This document shows, piece by piece, positions 21,048 through 29,462 of a stretch of 64,000 nucleotides of DNA (positions are counted from its first letter, which is position 1; every line of letters starts with the position of its first letter). Origin of the DNA: Candidatus Nomurabacteria bacterium (GTDB taxonomy: Bacteria > Patescibacteriota > Minisyncoccia > Phycocordibacterales > UBA9973); assembly GCA_023267195.1 (NCBI GenBank), contig JAHFNT010000005.1:14875-78874 (forward strand). Direction: 5' to 3'. The notes under the pieces were generated by a model. The model did not search any database. It was given only the letters and a program-made list of their open reading frames with translations, and was not told the DNA's origin. The position numbers and the translations under genes were made by a program.

Positions 21048-22274
21048 ATGTATTCAAAAAAACTTATAGATTCTATTGAAAAGGAATTTGAAACGCTGAA
21101 AAGCGCTGGGAAATTTAAAGTGGAGAGGGAATTGGATGGAGCTCAGGGGGCAGAGGTGCGGATTGCGGGCAGACAAGTCCTGATGTTCGCCTCAAATAAT
21201 TATTTAGGTCTGGCTAATCATCCGGAAATTGTAAAAGCGGGGAAGGAGGCCATAGAGCAATACGGCTTCGGCTTGTCATCCGTCAGGTTTATTTCCGGCA
21301 CAGAAACGATTCACAAAATTTTAGAAAAAAAGTTAGCAGAATTTTTGGGCGTGGAGGATAGTATCTTGTATTCCACTAATTTCATGTCTAATCTAGGATT
21401 TTTTGCAACGATTACCAATGAAACTTTCGGCGACAGCGCTCCATACCTAGACGCGATTTATAGCGATGAGCTAAATCATGCTAGCATCATAGATGCTTTC
21501 AAGCTCTGCAAAAAAGAAAACGTTGTAAAAAGAATTTATTCTCATGGTGATGTTGCTTTACTGGAAAAAATGCTGGAAGAAGATAAAGAAAAAAATTATC
21601 GTTTTAAAATAATTGTAACAGATGGAGTTTTTTCTATGGAAGGATATCTGGCGCAACTGCCGGAACTAAAAAAGTTGGCAGAAAAATATGAGGCTATGCT
21701 TTTTGTGGATGATGCGCATGCCATCGGGGTGCTTGGGAAGACTGGCGCCGGAACGCCGGAACATTTTAATTTGCATGGGCAGGTGGATGTCCTTTCGGGG
21801 ACCTTCGGCAAAGCGCTAGGCGGAGCTGTGGGCGGATATATTGCCGGCAAGAAAAAAATAATAGAACTGCTTCGCCAAAAATCCCGCACGTATCTTTTTT
21901 CAAATTCTGTGCCTCCGTCTGTTGTCATCGCATCTATAAAGGCACTTGATTTATTAAAAGAAAAAAGAGAACTTTTGGACAAAGTAAGAGAAAATTCTGA
22001 ATACTTTAGAGCTGGAGCGCGAAAATTAGGTTTTAAAGTTTTAGAAGGCATTCATCCGATTGTGCCAGTAATGCTGGGTGATGCCGCTAAAACGCAAGAA
22101 ATTAGTCAGAAACTTTTAGCCAAAGGATTATTCGTTGTTGGATTATGGTTTCCGGTGGTGCCAGAAGGTGCTGCCCGCTTGCGTTTCCAAATTTCTGCCG
22201 CGCACACACATGAACAAATTGACCAAGCGCTCGAAATTTTATCAGAGGTAGGCAAAGAAATGAAAATAATTTAA
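21048..22274 (+). CDS. kbl: 2-amino-3-ketobutyrate CoA ligase (glycine C-acetyltransferase)
   Basis: PLP-dependent alpha-oxoamine synthase family (FASNNYLGLANHPE..., DDAHA, SGTFGKALGG PLP-Lys region). 408 aa. Confidence 0.85.
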   Translation: MYSKKLIDSIEKEFETLKSAGKFKVERELDGAQGAEVRIAGRQVLMFASNNYLGLANHPEIVKAGKEAIEQYGFGLSSVRFISGTETIHKILEKKLAEFLGVEDSILYSTNFMSNLGFFATITNETFGDSAPYLDAIYSDELNHASIIDAFKLCKKENVVKRIYSHGDVALLEKMLEEDKEKNYRFKIIVTDGVFSMEGYLAQLPELKKLAEKYEAMLFVDDAHAIGVLGKTGAGTPEHFNLHGQVDVLSGTFGKALGGAVGGYIAGKKKIIELLRQKSRTYLFSNSVPPSVVIASIKALDLLKEKRELLDKVRENSEYFRAGARKLGFKVLEGIHPIVPVMLGDAAKTQEISQKLLAKGLFVVGLWFPVVPEGAARLRFQISAAHTHEQIDQALEILSEVGKEMKII

Positions 22275-22281
22275 TTTTTTT

Positions 22282-22497
22282 ATGTTCAAAAACTTTTTAC
22301 TGAAAAAAATGCTTCGCACGCAAGGCGTGCCCGAAGCGCAAATAGAAATGTTCATAGTGATGATGGAGAAAAATCCAGAGCTTTTTAAAACTATAGCCGA
22401 AGAAGTGCAAACAAAAATGAAAGAGGGAATGAGCCAAATGGATGCGGGAATGCAGGTGATGAAAAAATACGAAGCGGATCTCAGAAAATTGGTGTAG
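22282..22497 (+). CDS. hypothetical Met-rich small helical protein
   Basis: 71 aa with 11 Met. Starts 8 nt after the kbl stop. No family recognised. There is a weak resemblance to Met-rich segments of the SRP54 M-domain. Confidence 0.35.
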   Translation: MFKNFLLKKMLRTQGVPEAQIEMFIVMMEKNPELFKTIAEEVQTKMKEGMSQMDAGMQVMKKYEADLRKLV

Positions 22498-22544
22498 ATT
22501 AAAAAGTGGAAAACTCCCACATTCGCAAGCTCGGTATTTTCAAC

Positions 22545-22573
22545 TTGACAATACCCCCTAGGGGGTATATACT
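22545..22573 (+). promoter_or_regulatory. sigma-70-like promoter carrying a CsoR-type operator
   Basis: TTGACA at 22545-22550. The 18-bp perfect palindrome ATACCCCCTAGGGGGTAT lies at 22551-22568. TATACT at 22568-22573, giving 17-bp spacing. It sits immediately upstream of csoR and closely resembles the B. subtilis copZA CsoR operator (TACCC...GGGTA). Confidence 0.7.
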
Positions 22574-22579
22574 TCCCCT

Positions 22580-22843
22580 ATGCACACAAATAAACAAAAA
22601 GTCATTCGCCGACTGAAGATTCTAGAAGGCCAAGTGCGGGGCTTGCAAAATATGGTTGAAAAAGATACTTACTGTATTGATGTCATAACGCAGACTTCTG
22701 CAGTGAAGCAGGGTCTTTCTAATGTTGAAGATATTTTGATGGATGGGCATTTGGGGCATTGTGTTATTAATCAAATCAAAAAAGGAGAAACAGCTAAAGC
22801 CAAAACGGAAATATTAAAAGTTTATAAATTAAAAAGAAAATAG
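22580..22843 (+). CDS. csoR: CsoR-family copper-sensing transcriptional repressor
   Basis: DUF156/CsoR fold: RLKILEGQVRGLQNMVEKDTYCIDVITQTSAVKQGL...HLGHCV with Cys and His ligands in the canonical positions. Confidence 0.85.
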   Translation: MHTNKQKVIRRLKILEGQVRGLQNMVEKDTYCIDVITQTSAVKQGLSNVEDILMDGHLGHCVINQIKKGETAKAKTEILKVYKLKRK

Positions 22844-22894
22844 ATCGACAAGGGCTTCGACTGGGCTCAGCCGAAAATCCTCACTATAAATAGT

Positions 22895-25219
22895 ATGAAC
22901 ACATTTAAAACATACAAGGTAAAAGGAATGCATTGCGCGTCTTGCGCCAGTATTATTGAAAGAACTATCAAGAAAATTGAGGGGGTAGCAAATATTGAGG
23001 TGAATCCGGGCACCGAAAATGCCAAGATTTCTTTTGATACAAACAAAACCAACGCGGAACAATTTAATCAAAAACTTGAACCACTTGGTTACTCGCTACA
23101 CAATATGAACATGTCAGCAAACGCTTCGGCTGTGCTCAGTGCAAGTGATATGAATATGAGTGAAGATGAACATAAAGAGCATTTGGGACTGAATCAAACT
23201 AAAAAAGAAAAGTTGGCAGAACTGAAGGACATGAAGAATAAACTTCTTTCTCTAATTCCTATTGTGCTCATTAGTATTTTTGTAATGAGTTACGATATTT
23301 TGGCGCAGTTTAAAGTTATTGCCGAGATGTCTTATTTCTGGAATGAATTTTTCCATCATCTTTTACCAGTTTTGGCCACTTACACGCTATTTGTAGTTGG
23401 TAAGCCATACTTACTCGGCTTATATCGTTTTTTTCGTCATGGACAAGCCAACATGGACACACTTATTGGTCTCGGTACGCTAGTGGCTTTTTTATATAGT
23501 TTTATTGTTAGCGCTTTTGAAGAAAGTTTAAAGGCTTTTATAAATGTCAATCAAAGTTATTACGATGTTACTATCATTGTGATTGCTTTCATTACACTTG
23601 GAAAATATCTGGAAGCGCGTTCAAAATTAAAAACAGGCGATGCGATTGAAAAACTTTTAAATCTACAGGCGAAAACTGCTTTAGTGGTTCGCGGTGAAAG
23701 GGAAGTTGAAATTCCGGTAGATCAAGTTATGCATGGTGATATTATTATCGTAAAACCCGGGGCAAAAATTCCAGTTGATGGCCTGATTGTTTCAGGATTT
23801 TCTTATGTTGATGAATCAATGGTGACCGGCGAACCAATGCCAGTAGAAAAAAAAGAGGGAGATGCTGTAGTATCTGGGACGATTAATACAACGGGATCTT
23901 TCACTTTTAGGGCGACGAAAGTTGGTGGAGAAACTCTGCTTGCCCATATTGTGAAAATGGTGGAAGAAGCACAAGGGAGTAAGGCACCGATACAGGCTTT
24001 GGCGGACAAAATTTCCAGTATCTTTGTGCCGGTTGTTTTGGGGATTGCAGTTTTGACTTTAGTGTTATGGCTTTTAGTTGGTATGCAATATTTTGGTTTC
24101 TCCCAAGCGCTTTCTTTTGGTTTGGTTTCTTTTGTGGGGATTTTGGTTATTGCATGTCCATGCGCTCTCGGTCTGGCGACACCGACGGCAATCATTGTTG
24201 GTGTAGGCAAAGGTGCGCGCGAAGGAATTTTAATCAAAGATGCGGCAACATTGCAAAAATTACACCAAGTCAATGTAGTTGTCGTGGATAAAACAGGTAC
24301 TTTGACTATGGGGAAACCCGAGCTTATTGCAGTTAAAAATTTTTCAAATAAAAATGATGATGAGCTGGTTTCTATTCTGGCCACTTTAGAAAATAAATCA
24401 GAACACCCTATTGCTCACGCCGTAATAAATTATGCAAAATCAAAAAAGCTAAAAATTAGCGAGCTGAATGATTTTGAAATTATAAAGGGCAAAGGACTTA
24501 AAGGAAGGGTTGACGGGGTAGAATATTTTGCTGGTAATACTAGACTAATTGAGGATCTAAATCTGCCGTTTGATAAAAATCTTTTGGAAAAAGAAACCTT
24601 GGAAGGCAAGACCCCGATAATTTTGGCGAATCAAAATGCAGTGCTCTGTGTGGTTTTGATAGCGGACGCGATAAAACCGGAAGCGATCGAGGCAGTAAAT
24701 AATTTACACAAACTCGGCGTCAAAATTGTGATGTTGACAGGAGACCATAAAAATACTGCTAAATATATTGCGAAGCTTGTCGGTATTGATGATATCGTGT
24801 CGGAAGCAATGCCGGAGAGTAAATTAGATAAAATCAAAGAATTGCAAGCGGAAGGCCAGGTCGTGGCGATGGCTGGAGATGGAGTAAATGACGCACCGGC
24901 GCTCGCGCAAGCGGATGTGGGTATTGCTATGGCTACTGGGACAGATGTGGCGATTGAAAGCGCTGGCATTACACTTCTACATGGCGATATTTCCAAACTA
25001 GTGAAAGCTATAAAACTTTCTAAAATGACAATGCGTGGAATCAAGCAGAATCTTTTCTGGGCTTTTGTTTATAATATTATTGGAATTCCGCTCGCATCTG
25101 GAATTTTCTTCCCATTCTTTGGTTGGTTGCTTTCGCCAGTCTTTGCTGGGTTTGCCATGGCGATGTCTTCAGTGTCTGTGGTAGGGAATTCGCTTCGCAT
25201 TAAGAGTAAAAAATTGTAA
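22895..25219 (+). CDS. copA: copper-translocating P1B-type ATPase
   Basis: N-terminal HMA domain (GMHCASCAS), TM CPC motif ([11 protein letters not shown]), DKTGTLT phosphorylation site, GDGVNDAP hinge. Confidence 0.92.
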   Translation: MNTFKTYKVKGMHCASCASIIERTIKKIEGVANIEVNPGTENAKISFDTNKTNAEQFNQKLEPLGYSLHNMNMSANASAVLSASDMNMSEDEHKEHLGLNQTKKEKLAELKDMKNKLLSLIPIVLISIFVMSYDILAQFKVIAEMSYFWNEFFHHLLPVLATYTLFVVGKPYLLGLYRFFRHGQANMDTLIGLGTLVAFLYSFIVSAFEESLKAFINVNQSYYDVTIIVIAFITLGKYLEARSKLKTGDAIEKLLNLQAKTALVVRGEREVEIPVDQVMHGDIIIVKPGAKIPVDGLIVSGFSYVDESMVTGEPMPVEKKEGDAVVSGTINTTGSFTFRATKVGGETLLAHIVKMVEEAQGSKAPIQALADKISSIFVPVVLGIAVLTLVLWLLVGMQYFGFSQALSFGLVSFVGILVIACPCALGLATPTAIIVGVGKGAREGILIKDAATLQKLHQVNVVVVDKTGTLTMGKPELIAVKNFSNKNDDELVSILATLENKSEHPIAHAVINYAKSKKLKISELNDFEIIKGKGLKGRVDGVEYFAGNTRLIEDLNLPFDKNLLEKETLEGKTPIILANQNAVLCVVLIADAIKPEAIEAVNNLHKLGVKIVMLTGDHKNTAKYIAKLVGIDDIVSEAMPESKLDKIKELQAEGQVVAMAGDGVNDAPALAQADVGIAMATGTDVAIESAGITLLHGDISKLVKAIKLSKMTMRGIKQNLFWAFVYNIIGIPLASGIFFPFFGWLLSPVFAGFAMAMSSVSVVGNSLRIKSKKL

Positions 25220-25265
25220 AATTATAAAGGGTCGAATTTTTATAAGCAATAATTAAAATAAATTT

Positions 25266-25385
25266 ATGATGGGATATGGATATGGTGGAATGATGGGGGG
25301 CGGTTTTGGTTCTATTGTAGCCTTAATAGTGTTGGTTGATCTTGTTTTGTTCGGTATCTGGCTTTATAAAAATATTAATAAATAA
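25266..25385 (+). CDS. unannotated 39-aa Met/Gly-rich single-TM micropeptide
   Basis: ATG at 25266, stop at 25383-25385. Encodes MMGYGYGGMMGGGFGSIVALIVLVDLVLFGIWLYKNINK. Lies directly downstream of copA. Below the ORF-track size cutoff. Confidence 0.3.
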   Translation: MMGYGYGGMMGGGFGSIVALIVLVDLVLFGIWLYKNINK

Positions 25386-25388
25386 AAA

Positions 25389-25793
25389 ATGTATTTACGG
25401 AACAGAAAATTATTCATAGGTGTTTGCATTTTACTTGCTTATATAAGCATTGGAGTATTTGGCTTGCTTAAGCTTGACCATAAGATTGAAATGCCTATGG
25501 ATAATTGTCCGTATGCCCAAAATAGTTATGCAATATGTGAGAATAGTCTTGACCATATAAATAACTGGCAGCAATTTTTAAACGCAATTTCGCCATCTCT
25601 TTTCATATTTTCAATTTTAATTCTAGGAATAGTTTTATATTTAGTTACCAAACACAATTTTTTAAATCAAAAAAGTTATTTTTATAAATGGAAGTATTGC
25701 TTATATAATAAAAAATTATATCCTTACTCGAACATAATAATAAAATGGCTAGCATTTTTTGAAAACAGCCCTTCCTTTTTCTACAGGGCGTAG
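25389..25793 (+). CDS. hypothetical membrane protein (2 TM, CPYAQNSYAIC motif)
   Basis: ORF only. Very AT-rich. No family recognised. Confidence 0.3.
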   Translation: MYLRNRKLFIGVCILLAYISIGVFGLLKLDHKIEMPMDNCPYAQNSYAICENSLDHINNWQQFLNAISPSLFIFSILILGIVLYLVTKHNFLNQKSYFYKWKYCLYNKKLYPYSNIIIKWLAFFENSPSFFYRA

Positions 25794-25877
25794 CTAATTA
25801 TTTTGTCGTAAAATTTTTAGCTTTGCCTTCTGGTCCTCATATGAGGATTTTTTACTATTCTAATTATCTACAATATT

Positions 25878-26411
25878 ATGGACAAAAAAACAATTATCTC
25901 GTTATTAATTATCTTTGCTTTTGTTGGAGGTTTAGCGTGGTGGAGTAAATCAGTATCAATAGAAGAAAAAGAATCTCGCGCATTTGAACTTGGGGGTTCG
26001 CATCTGGTAAAAATTGGCAATACGGCAAATGTGCTTACTGCCATGGAAACCTTCTATGACTTCGGTACGATCTCCATGAAGAACGGGAATGTGAGCAAAA
26101 TATTCAAGCTAACTAATTCAACAAACGAAGATATATTGGTGCCGAGCGTAAGTACTTCCTGCATGTGTACTACCGCGTATGTACTCAAGGGTGGGGTAAG
26201 AAGCAGGCCTTATGGAATGCCGGGGCACGGTGGAGCGGTTCCGAAGGCAAATGAAATTGTAAAAGCGGGCGAATCGCTTGAGATTGAAGTAGTATATGAT
26301 CCCAATGCTCACGGTCCTGCTGGTGTCGGTTTGATTGAGCGCTCTGTGTTCGTGGAAGACGAGAATACAAATGTAACAGAACTCAAGTTCAAGGTTAACG
26401 TAACCCCATAA
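25878..26411 (+). CDS. DUF1573 domain-containing exported protein
   Basis: N-terminal TM/signal. FYDFGTISMKNGNVSKIFKLTNSTNEDILVPSVSTSCMCT matches the DUF1573 core (FDFGTI...F.F.NTG...L.I..V..SCGCT). Confidence 0.65.
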   Translation: MDKKTIISLLIIFAFVGGLAWWSKSVSIEEKESRAFELGGSHLVKIGNTANVLTAMETFYDFGTISMKNGNVSKIFKLTNSTNEDILVPSVSTSCMCTTAYVLKGGVRSRPYGMPGHGGAVPKANEIVKAGESLEIEVVYDPNAHGPAGVGLIERSVFVEDENTNVTELKFKVNVTP

Positions 26412-26415
26412 AAAT

Positions 26416-27195
26416 ATGAAAAAAATTATTATTATAATCAGCCTTGTGCTAATCGCCATAATTGGCATAGTTATTCTAAAAAACAATCCCGCAACTTCGG
26501 CTATTGTTTGGAACATAAGCAAAGAAGGTACCTGGCTTTTGCCGCTTCTTTTAGTGTCGGCGATTCTAGACAGCGTGCATCCTTGTTCGTTCTCAATTCT
26601 GCTGATCACAATAGCATTTCTGTTTGGTATTCAACTTAGCCGAGAGAAAATTCTTAAATTGGGCGGAACATACATTGCTGGAATATTCACAGCCTATTTC
26701 TTGATTGGGTTGGGAATTCTGAAAGTACTTCACTTGTTCAATACTCCACACTTCATGGGTAAATTAGGATCAACACTTCTGATTACTTTCGGAGTGATAA
26801 ATATTCTAAATCGTTTTTTCCCGAAATTTCCAATCAAGTTAAAGATTCCTGGAATTTCTCACTCGGCGATGGGTCGCTTGATGGACAGAGCTTCATTTCC
26901 AGCAGTATTTGGGCTCGGATTGCTTGTCGGTATTTGCCAATTCCCATGTATGGGTGGCCCGTATCTTATGGTTATCGGGCTCTTGCGTGATCAAGTGACA
27001 TATTTGAGCGGATTTAACTACCTTCTCTTGTATAATCTTATCTTAATTATTCCTCTGGTTGTGGTGTTATTTATCTCAGCTGATAAGTTACTGGTGGAAA
27101 AAGTGCAAATTTGGAAACGCGACAATTTAGGCGGATTAAAACTCTGGACCGGTATTGCGATGATTATTATTGGTATCTTAATATTCCTTATCTAA
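26416..27195 (+). CDS. ccdA: cytochrome c-type biogenesis / thiol-disulfide transmembrane electron transporter, CcdA (DsbD family)
   Basis: Polytopic. Two conserved Cys motifs in TM helices (DSVHPCSFSILL and GICQFPCMGGPY), typical of CcdA/DsbD beta. Confidence 0.7.
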   Translation: MKKIIIIISLVLIAIIGIVILKNNPATSAIVWNISKEGTWLLPLLLVSAILDSVHPCSFSILLITIAFLFGIQLSREKILKLGGTYIAGIFTAYFLIGLGILKVLHLFNTPHFMGKLGSTLLITFGVINILNRFFPKFPIKLKIPGISHSAMGRLMDRASFPAVFGLGLLVGICQFPCMGGPYLMVIGLLRDQVTYLSGFNYLLLYNLILIIPLVVVLFISADKLLVEKVQIWKRDNLGGLKLWTGIAMIIIGILIFLI

Positions 27196-27199
27196 ATAT

Positions 27200-27694
27200 A
27201 TGACTAAAAAAATAATAGAAATAGATGAATTTATAAATAAAATAAATTCACTCAAAGAAAAAGTGGGGGTGGACATATCAACCGCCGAAGACCTGAGTAT
27301 GGCTGTGATGAATCTAATTAGCCTTGAAGAACATTTCTTTTTTACTGGCGTTAAAACAGGCAAGGATGAATATTTTGACACAACACTTGAAATACGCGAG
27401 GTGAGAAAAGACTTATTGGCCAAACTTATGCCAAATAATGAAGGCGAGACCTGGTGTATCTCAAAACACCTGTTGGCCACGACCATGCGACTTATAGAAG
27501 TTGGGAACAAACTTAATTCCGAGGGTAAAAAAGAGAAAGCCAAAGAAATCTTTCAAAAAGCGTACCAAGTATATTCGATTTTCTGGGCGCTTAAATTGAA
27601 ATTAATCAGTGGGGAGAAAATACAACAAAAAGCTAAAGACAGTTCGCGTTTGGAAGACTTGGTCGATAAATTAGCTGACTGTTGTGATGAATAG
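27200..27694 (+). CDS. hypothetical cytoplasmic protein ending in Cys-Cys-Asp-Glu
   Basis: 164 aa, no TM, C-terminal ...LADCCDE. Co-oriented and tightly packed within the metal island. Confidence 0.4.
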   Translation: MTKKIIEIDEFINKINSLKEKVGVDISTAEDLSMAVMNLISLEEHFFFTGVKTGKDEYFDTTLEIREVRKDLLAKLMPNNEGETWCISKHLLATTMRLIEVGNKLNSEGKKEKAKEIFQKAYQVYSIFWALKLKLISGEKIQQKAKDSSRLEDLVDKLADCCDE

Positions 27695-28382
27695 ATTAAA
27701 TATGAAAAATAAAATAAAAGAAATACTATATTCAGTTCTGGCTATTATTGTGATCGTATTCTTGGGTCTTGCCCCTATGGGAGAAAAAGCATTTGCCCTA
27801 AATTGGGGCAACCTGGGAATGAAAATGATGGAAGCGGGTGTGATTGATCAAGAGAAATTTGAAAATCTGTATCAGGAACGAGGTGGGCTTAACGAGGCGG
27901 ATAAAAAGTTACTCTATAGTGCGCGCAATAAAAATCTAATTATCACCCCGGAGAATTCTCACATGATGCTCAATATGCTCTGGGCCTTAGGGCTCGGAAA
28001 TAAAAATCCCATTCTTGAAAATGGGCCAATGATGGACCCACGATATGGGGGAGCAGCGAATTTCGCATCTACCGGTGGCTGGATCCTGGCTAAAGGAAAC
28101 GCAATGGATCATTACAGTATGCATGAGTTCATAAAATTAACACCCGAAGAGCAAGGGCTAGTGGAAAAAGTGGCCAAAAATATTTATCGTCCTTGCTGTA
28201 GTAATCCAGCGTATTTTCCGGATTGTAATCATGGTATGGCGATGCTAGGACTTCTTGAAATGATGGCTTCGCAAGGCGCAGCGGAAGAAGAAATGTATAA
28301 ACTTGCGACAGAAGTAAATACTCTTTGGTTTCCAGAATTACAAAAGCAACAACAAAAAGGTGGGACAGGTTGTGGAGCTTAA
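27684..28382 (+). CDS. membrane-anchored exported protein with RPCCSNP...DCNHG cysteine motif
   Basis: N-terminal TM anchor. Soluble domain with CC-X10-C-X-H and a C-terminal GGTGCGA. No family recognised. Overlaps the upstream ORF by 11 nt; an alternative ATG lies at 27702. Confidence 0.45.
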   Translation: MMNRLNMKNKIKEILYSVLAIIVIVFLGLAPMGEKAFALNWGNLGMKMMEAGVIDQEKFENLYQERGGLNEADKKLLYSARNKNLIITPENSHMMLNMLWALGLGNKNPILENGPMMDPRYGGAANFASTGGWILAKGNAMDHYSMHEFIKLTPEEQGLVEKVAKNIYRPCCSNPAYFPDCNHGMAMLGLLEMMASQGAAEEEMYKLATEVNTLWFPELQKQQQKGGTGCGA

Positions 28383-28388
28383 GTTTTT

Positions 28389-29441
28389 GTGATAAGATGT
28401 ATCTTTATTATGAGATATTATACATTTCATGTTCAAGGCACTCATTGCGCATCGTGTAAAATCTTAATTGAAGATGTTTTGGAAGAGCAAGATTTTATCA
28501 AAAGGGTGCAGGTGAATCTAAAAAGAGAAATAGTGGAAATAGAAACGGAAAGCGAAAAGAGCCCAGAAGAACTTATTGCAATCTTAAATCCAAAAATAAA
28601 ACAAAATGGCTATGTGCTTTCTCTAGATGGTTCGGCTCCTCTCACCACAGGAAAAAATACAGAAATAAAAAATGACAACAATGTGCTTTGGCAAGCGATA
28701 CCCATCGGACTTGTATTCTTAGCGTTGTTTTTTTTATTACAAAAATCTGGCATTTTAGATCTTGGCTTTGGGGGCGAGACGACGCCAGCGACCAGTTTTC
28801 TTATTGGTTTGATCGCCTCAGTTTCGAGTTGTCTGGCGGTCGTTGGTGGCTTGGTTTTGTCTTTATCCGCCAAGATATCAGAAGATGATGAAAGCGACAC
28901 AAAAACTTTTATACTTTTTCACTCCGGTAGATTGTTTAGTTTTGCCATTTTAGGTGGGGCGCTAGGATTAATAGGCAACGCTATTGGTATTAATTTTACC
29001 TTTACGGCAATATTGGGTTTGGTCGCGTCTTTAGTGATGCTATTTCTTGGTTTGAATTTAGTGGGCGTGTTTACTAAAAATAAAATAACTTTGCCGTCTG
29101 GAATTTTTAACTTCTTTAGAAAAATTGAGCACAAGACTTTTACTCCGCTCATTATTGGTTTTGCCACTTTTTTTCTGCCATGCGGATTTACCCAATCAAT
29201 GCAAGTTGTTGCACTCTCCAGCGGATCATTTGTGTCTGGGCTCTTAATTATGTTGGCTTTTGCTTTAGGAACTTTGCCTATGCTTTTATTATTATCGTTC
29301 GGGTCAGCGTCTTTTGCCCATTCAAAATATGCGCCGCTATTTTTCAAATCAGCTGGAGTGGTGGTAATAGGTCTAGGAGTATTTGCGCTGCTTGCAGGGT
29401 TGGCTGGTTTGGGAATTATAAATCCACTATTTAATATTTGA
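28389..29441 (+). CDS. HMA (heavy-metal-associated) domain fused to a DsbD_2/TauE-SafE-like polytopic permease
   Basis: N-terminal YTFHVQGTHCASCKILIE is an HMA fold with a CxxC metal site. Followed by ~8 TM helices with Cys-bearing motifs (SSCLAVVGG, FFLPCGFTQS) as in the PF13386-type family. Confidence 0.6.
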   Translation: MIRCIFIMRYYTFHVQGTHCASCKILIEDVLEEQDFIKRVQVNLKREIVEIETESEKSPEELIAILNPKIKQNGYVLSLDGSAPLTTGKNTEIKNDNNVLWQAIPIGLVFLALFFLLQKSGILDLGFGGETTPATSFLIGLIASVSSCLAVVGGLVLSLSAKISEDDESDTKTFILFHSGRLFSFAILGGALGLIGNAIGINFTFTAILGLVASLVMLFLGLNLVGVFTKNKITLPSGIFNFFRKIEHKTFTPLIIGFATFFLPCGFTQSMQVVALSSGSFVSGLLIMLAFALGTLPMLLLLSFGSASFAHSKYAPLFFKSAGVVVIGLGVFALLAGLAGLGIINPLFNI

Positions 29442-29462
29442 TTTGCTATAATTAACTATCTT

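Noticed and set aside
21596-22051. 151-aa minus-strand ORF inside kbl
   Set aside because: Antisense to the PLP-enzyme frame. Pro/Ser/Thr-rich low-complexity translation.
23803-25044. Minus-strand ORFs 23803-24384 and 24631-25044 inside copA
   Set aside because: Antisense shadow ORFs with low-complexity, Ser/Thr/Ala-rich translations. The copA frame carries all P-type ATPase motifs.
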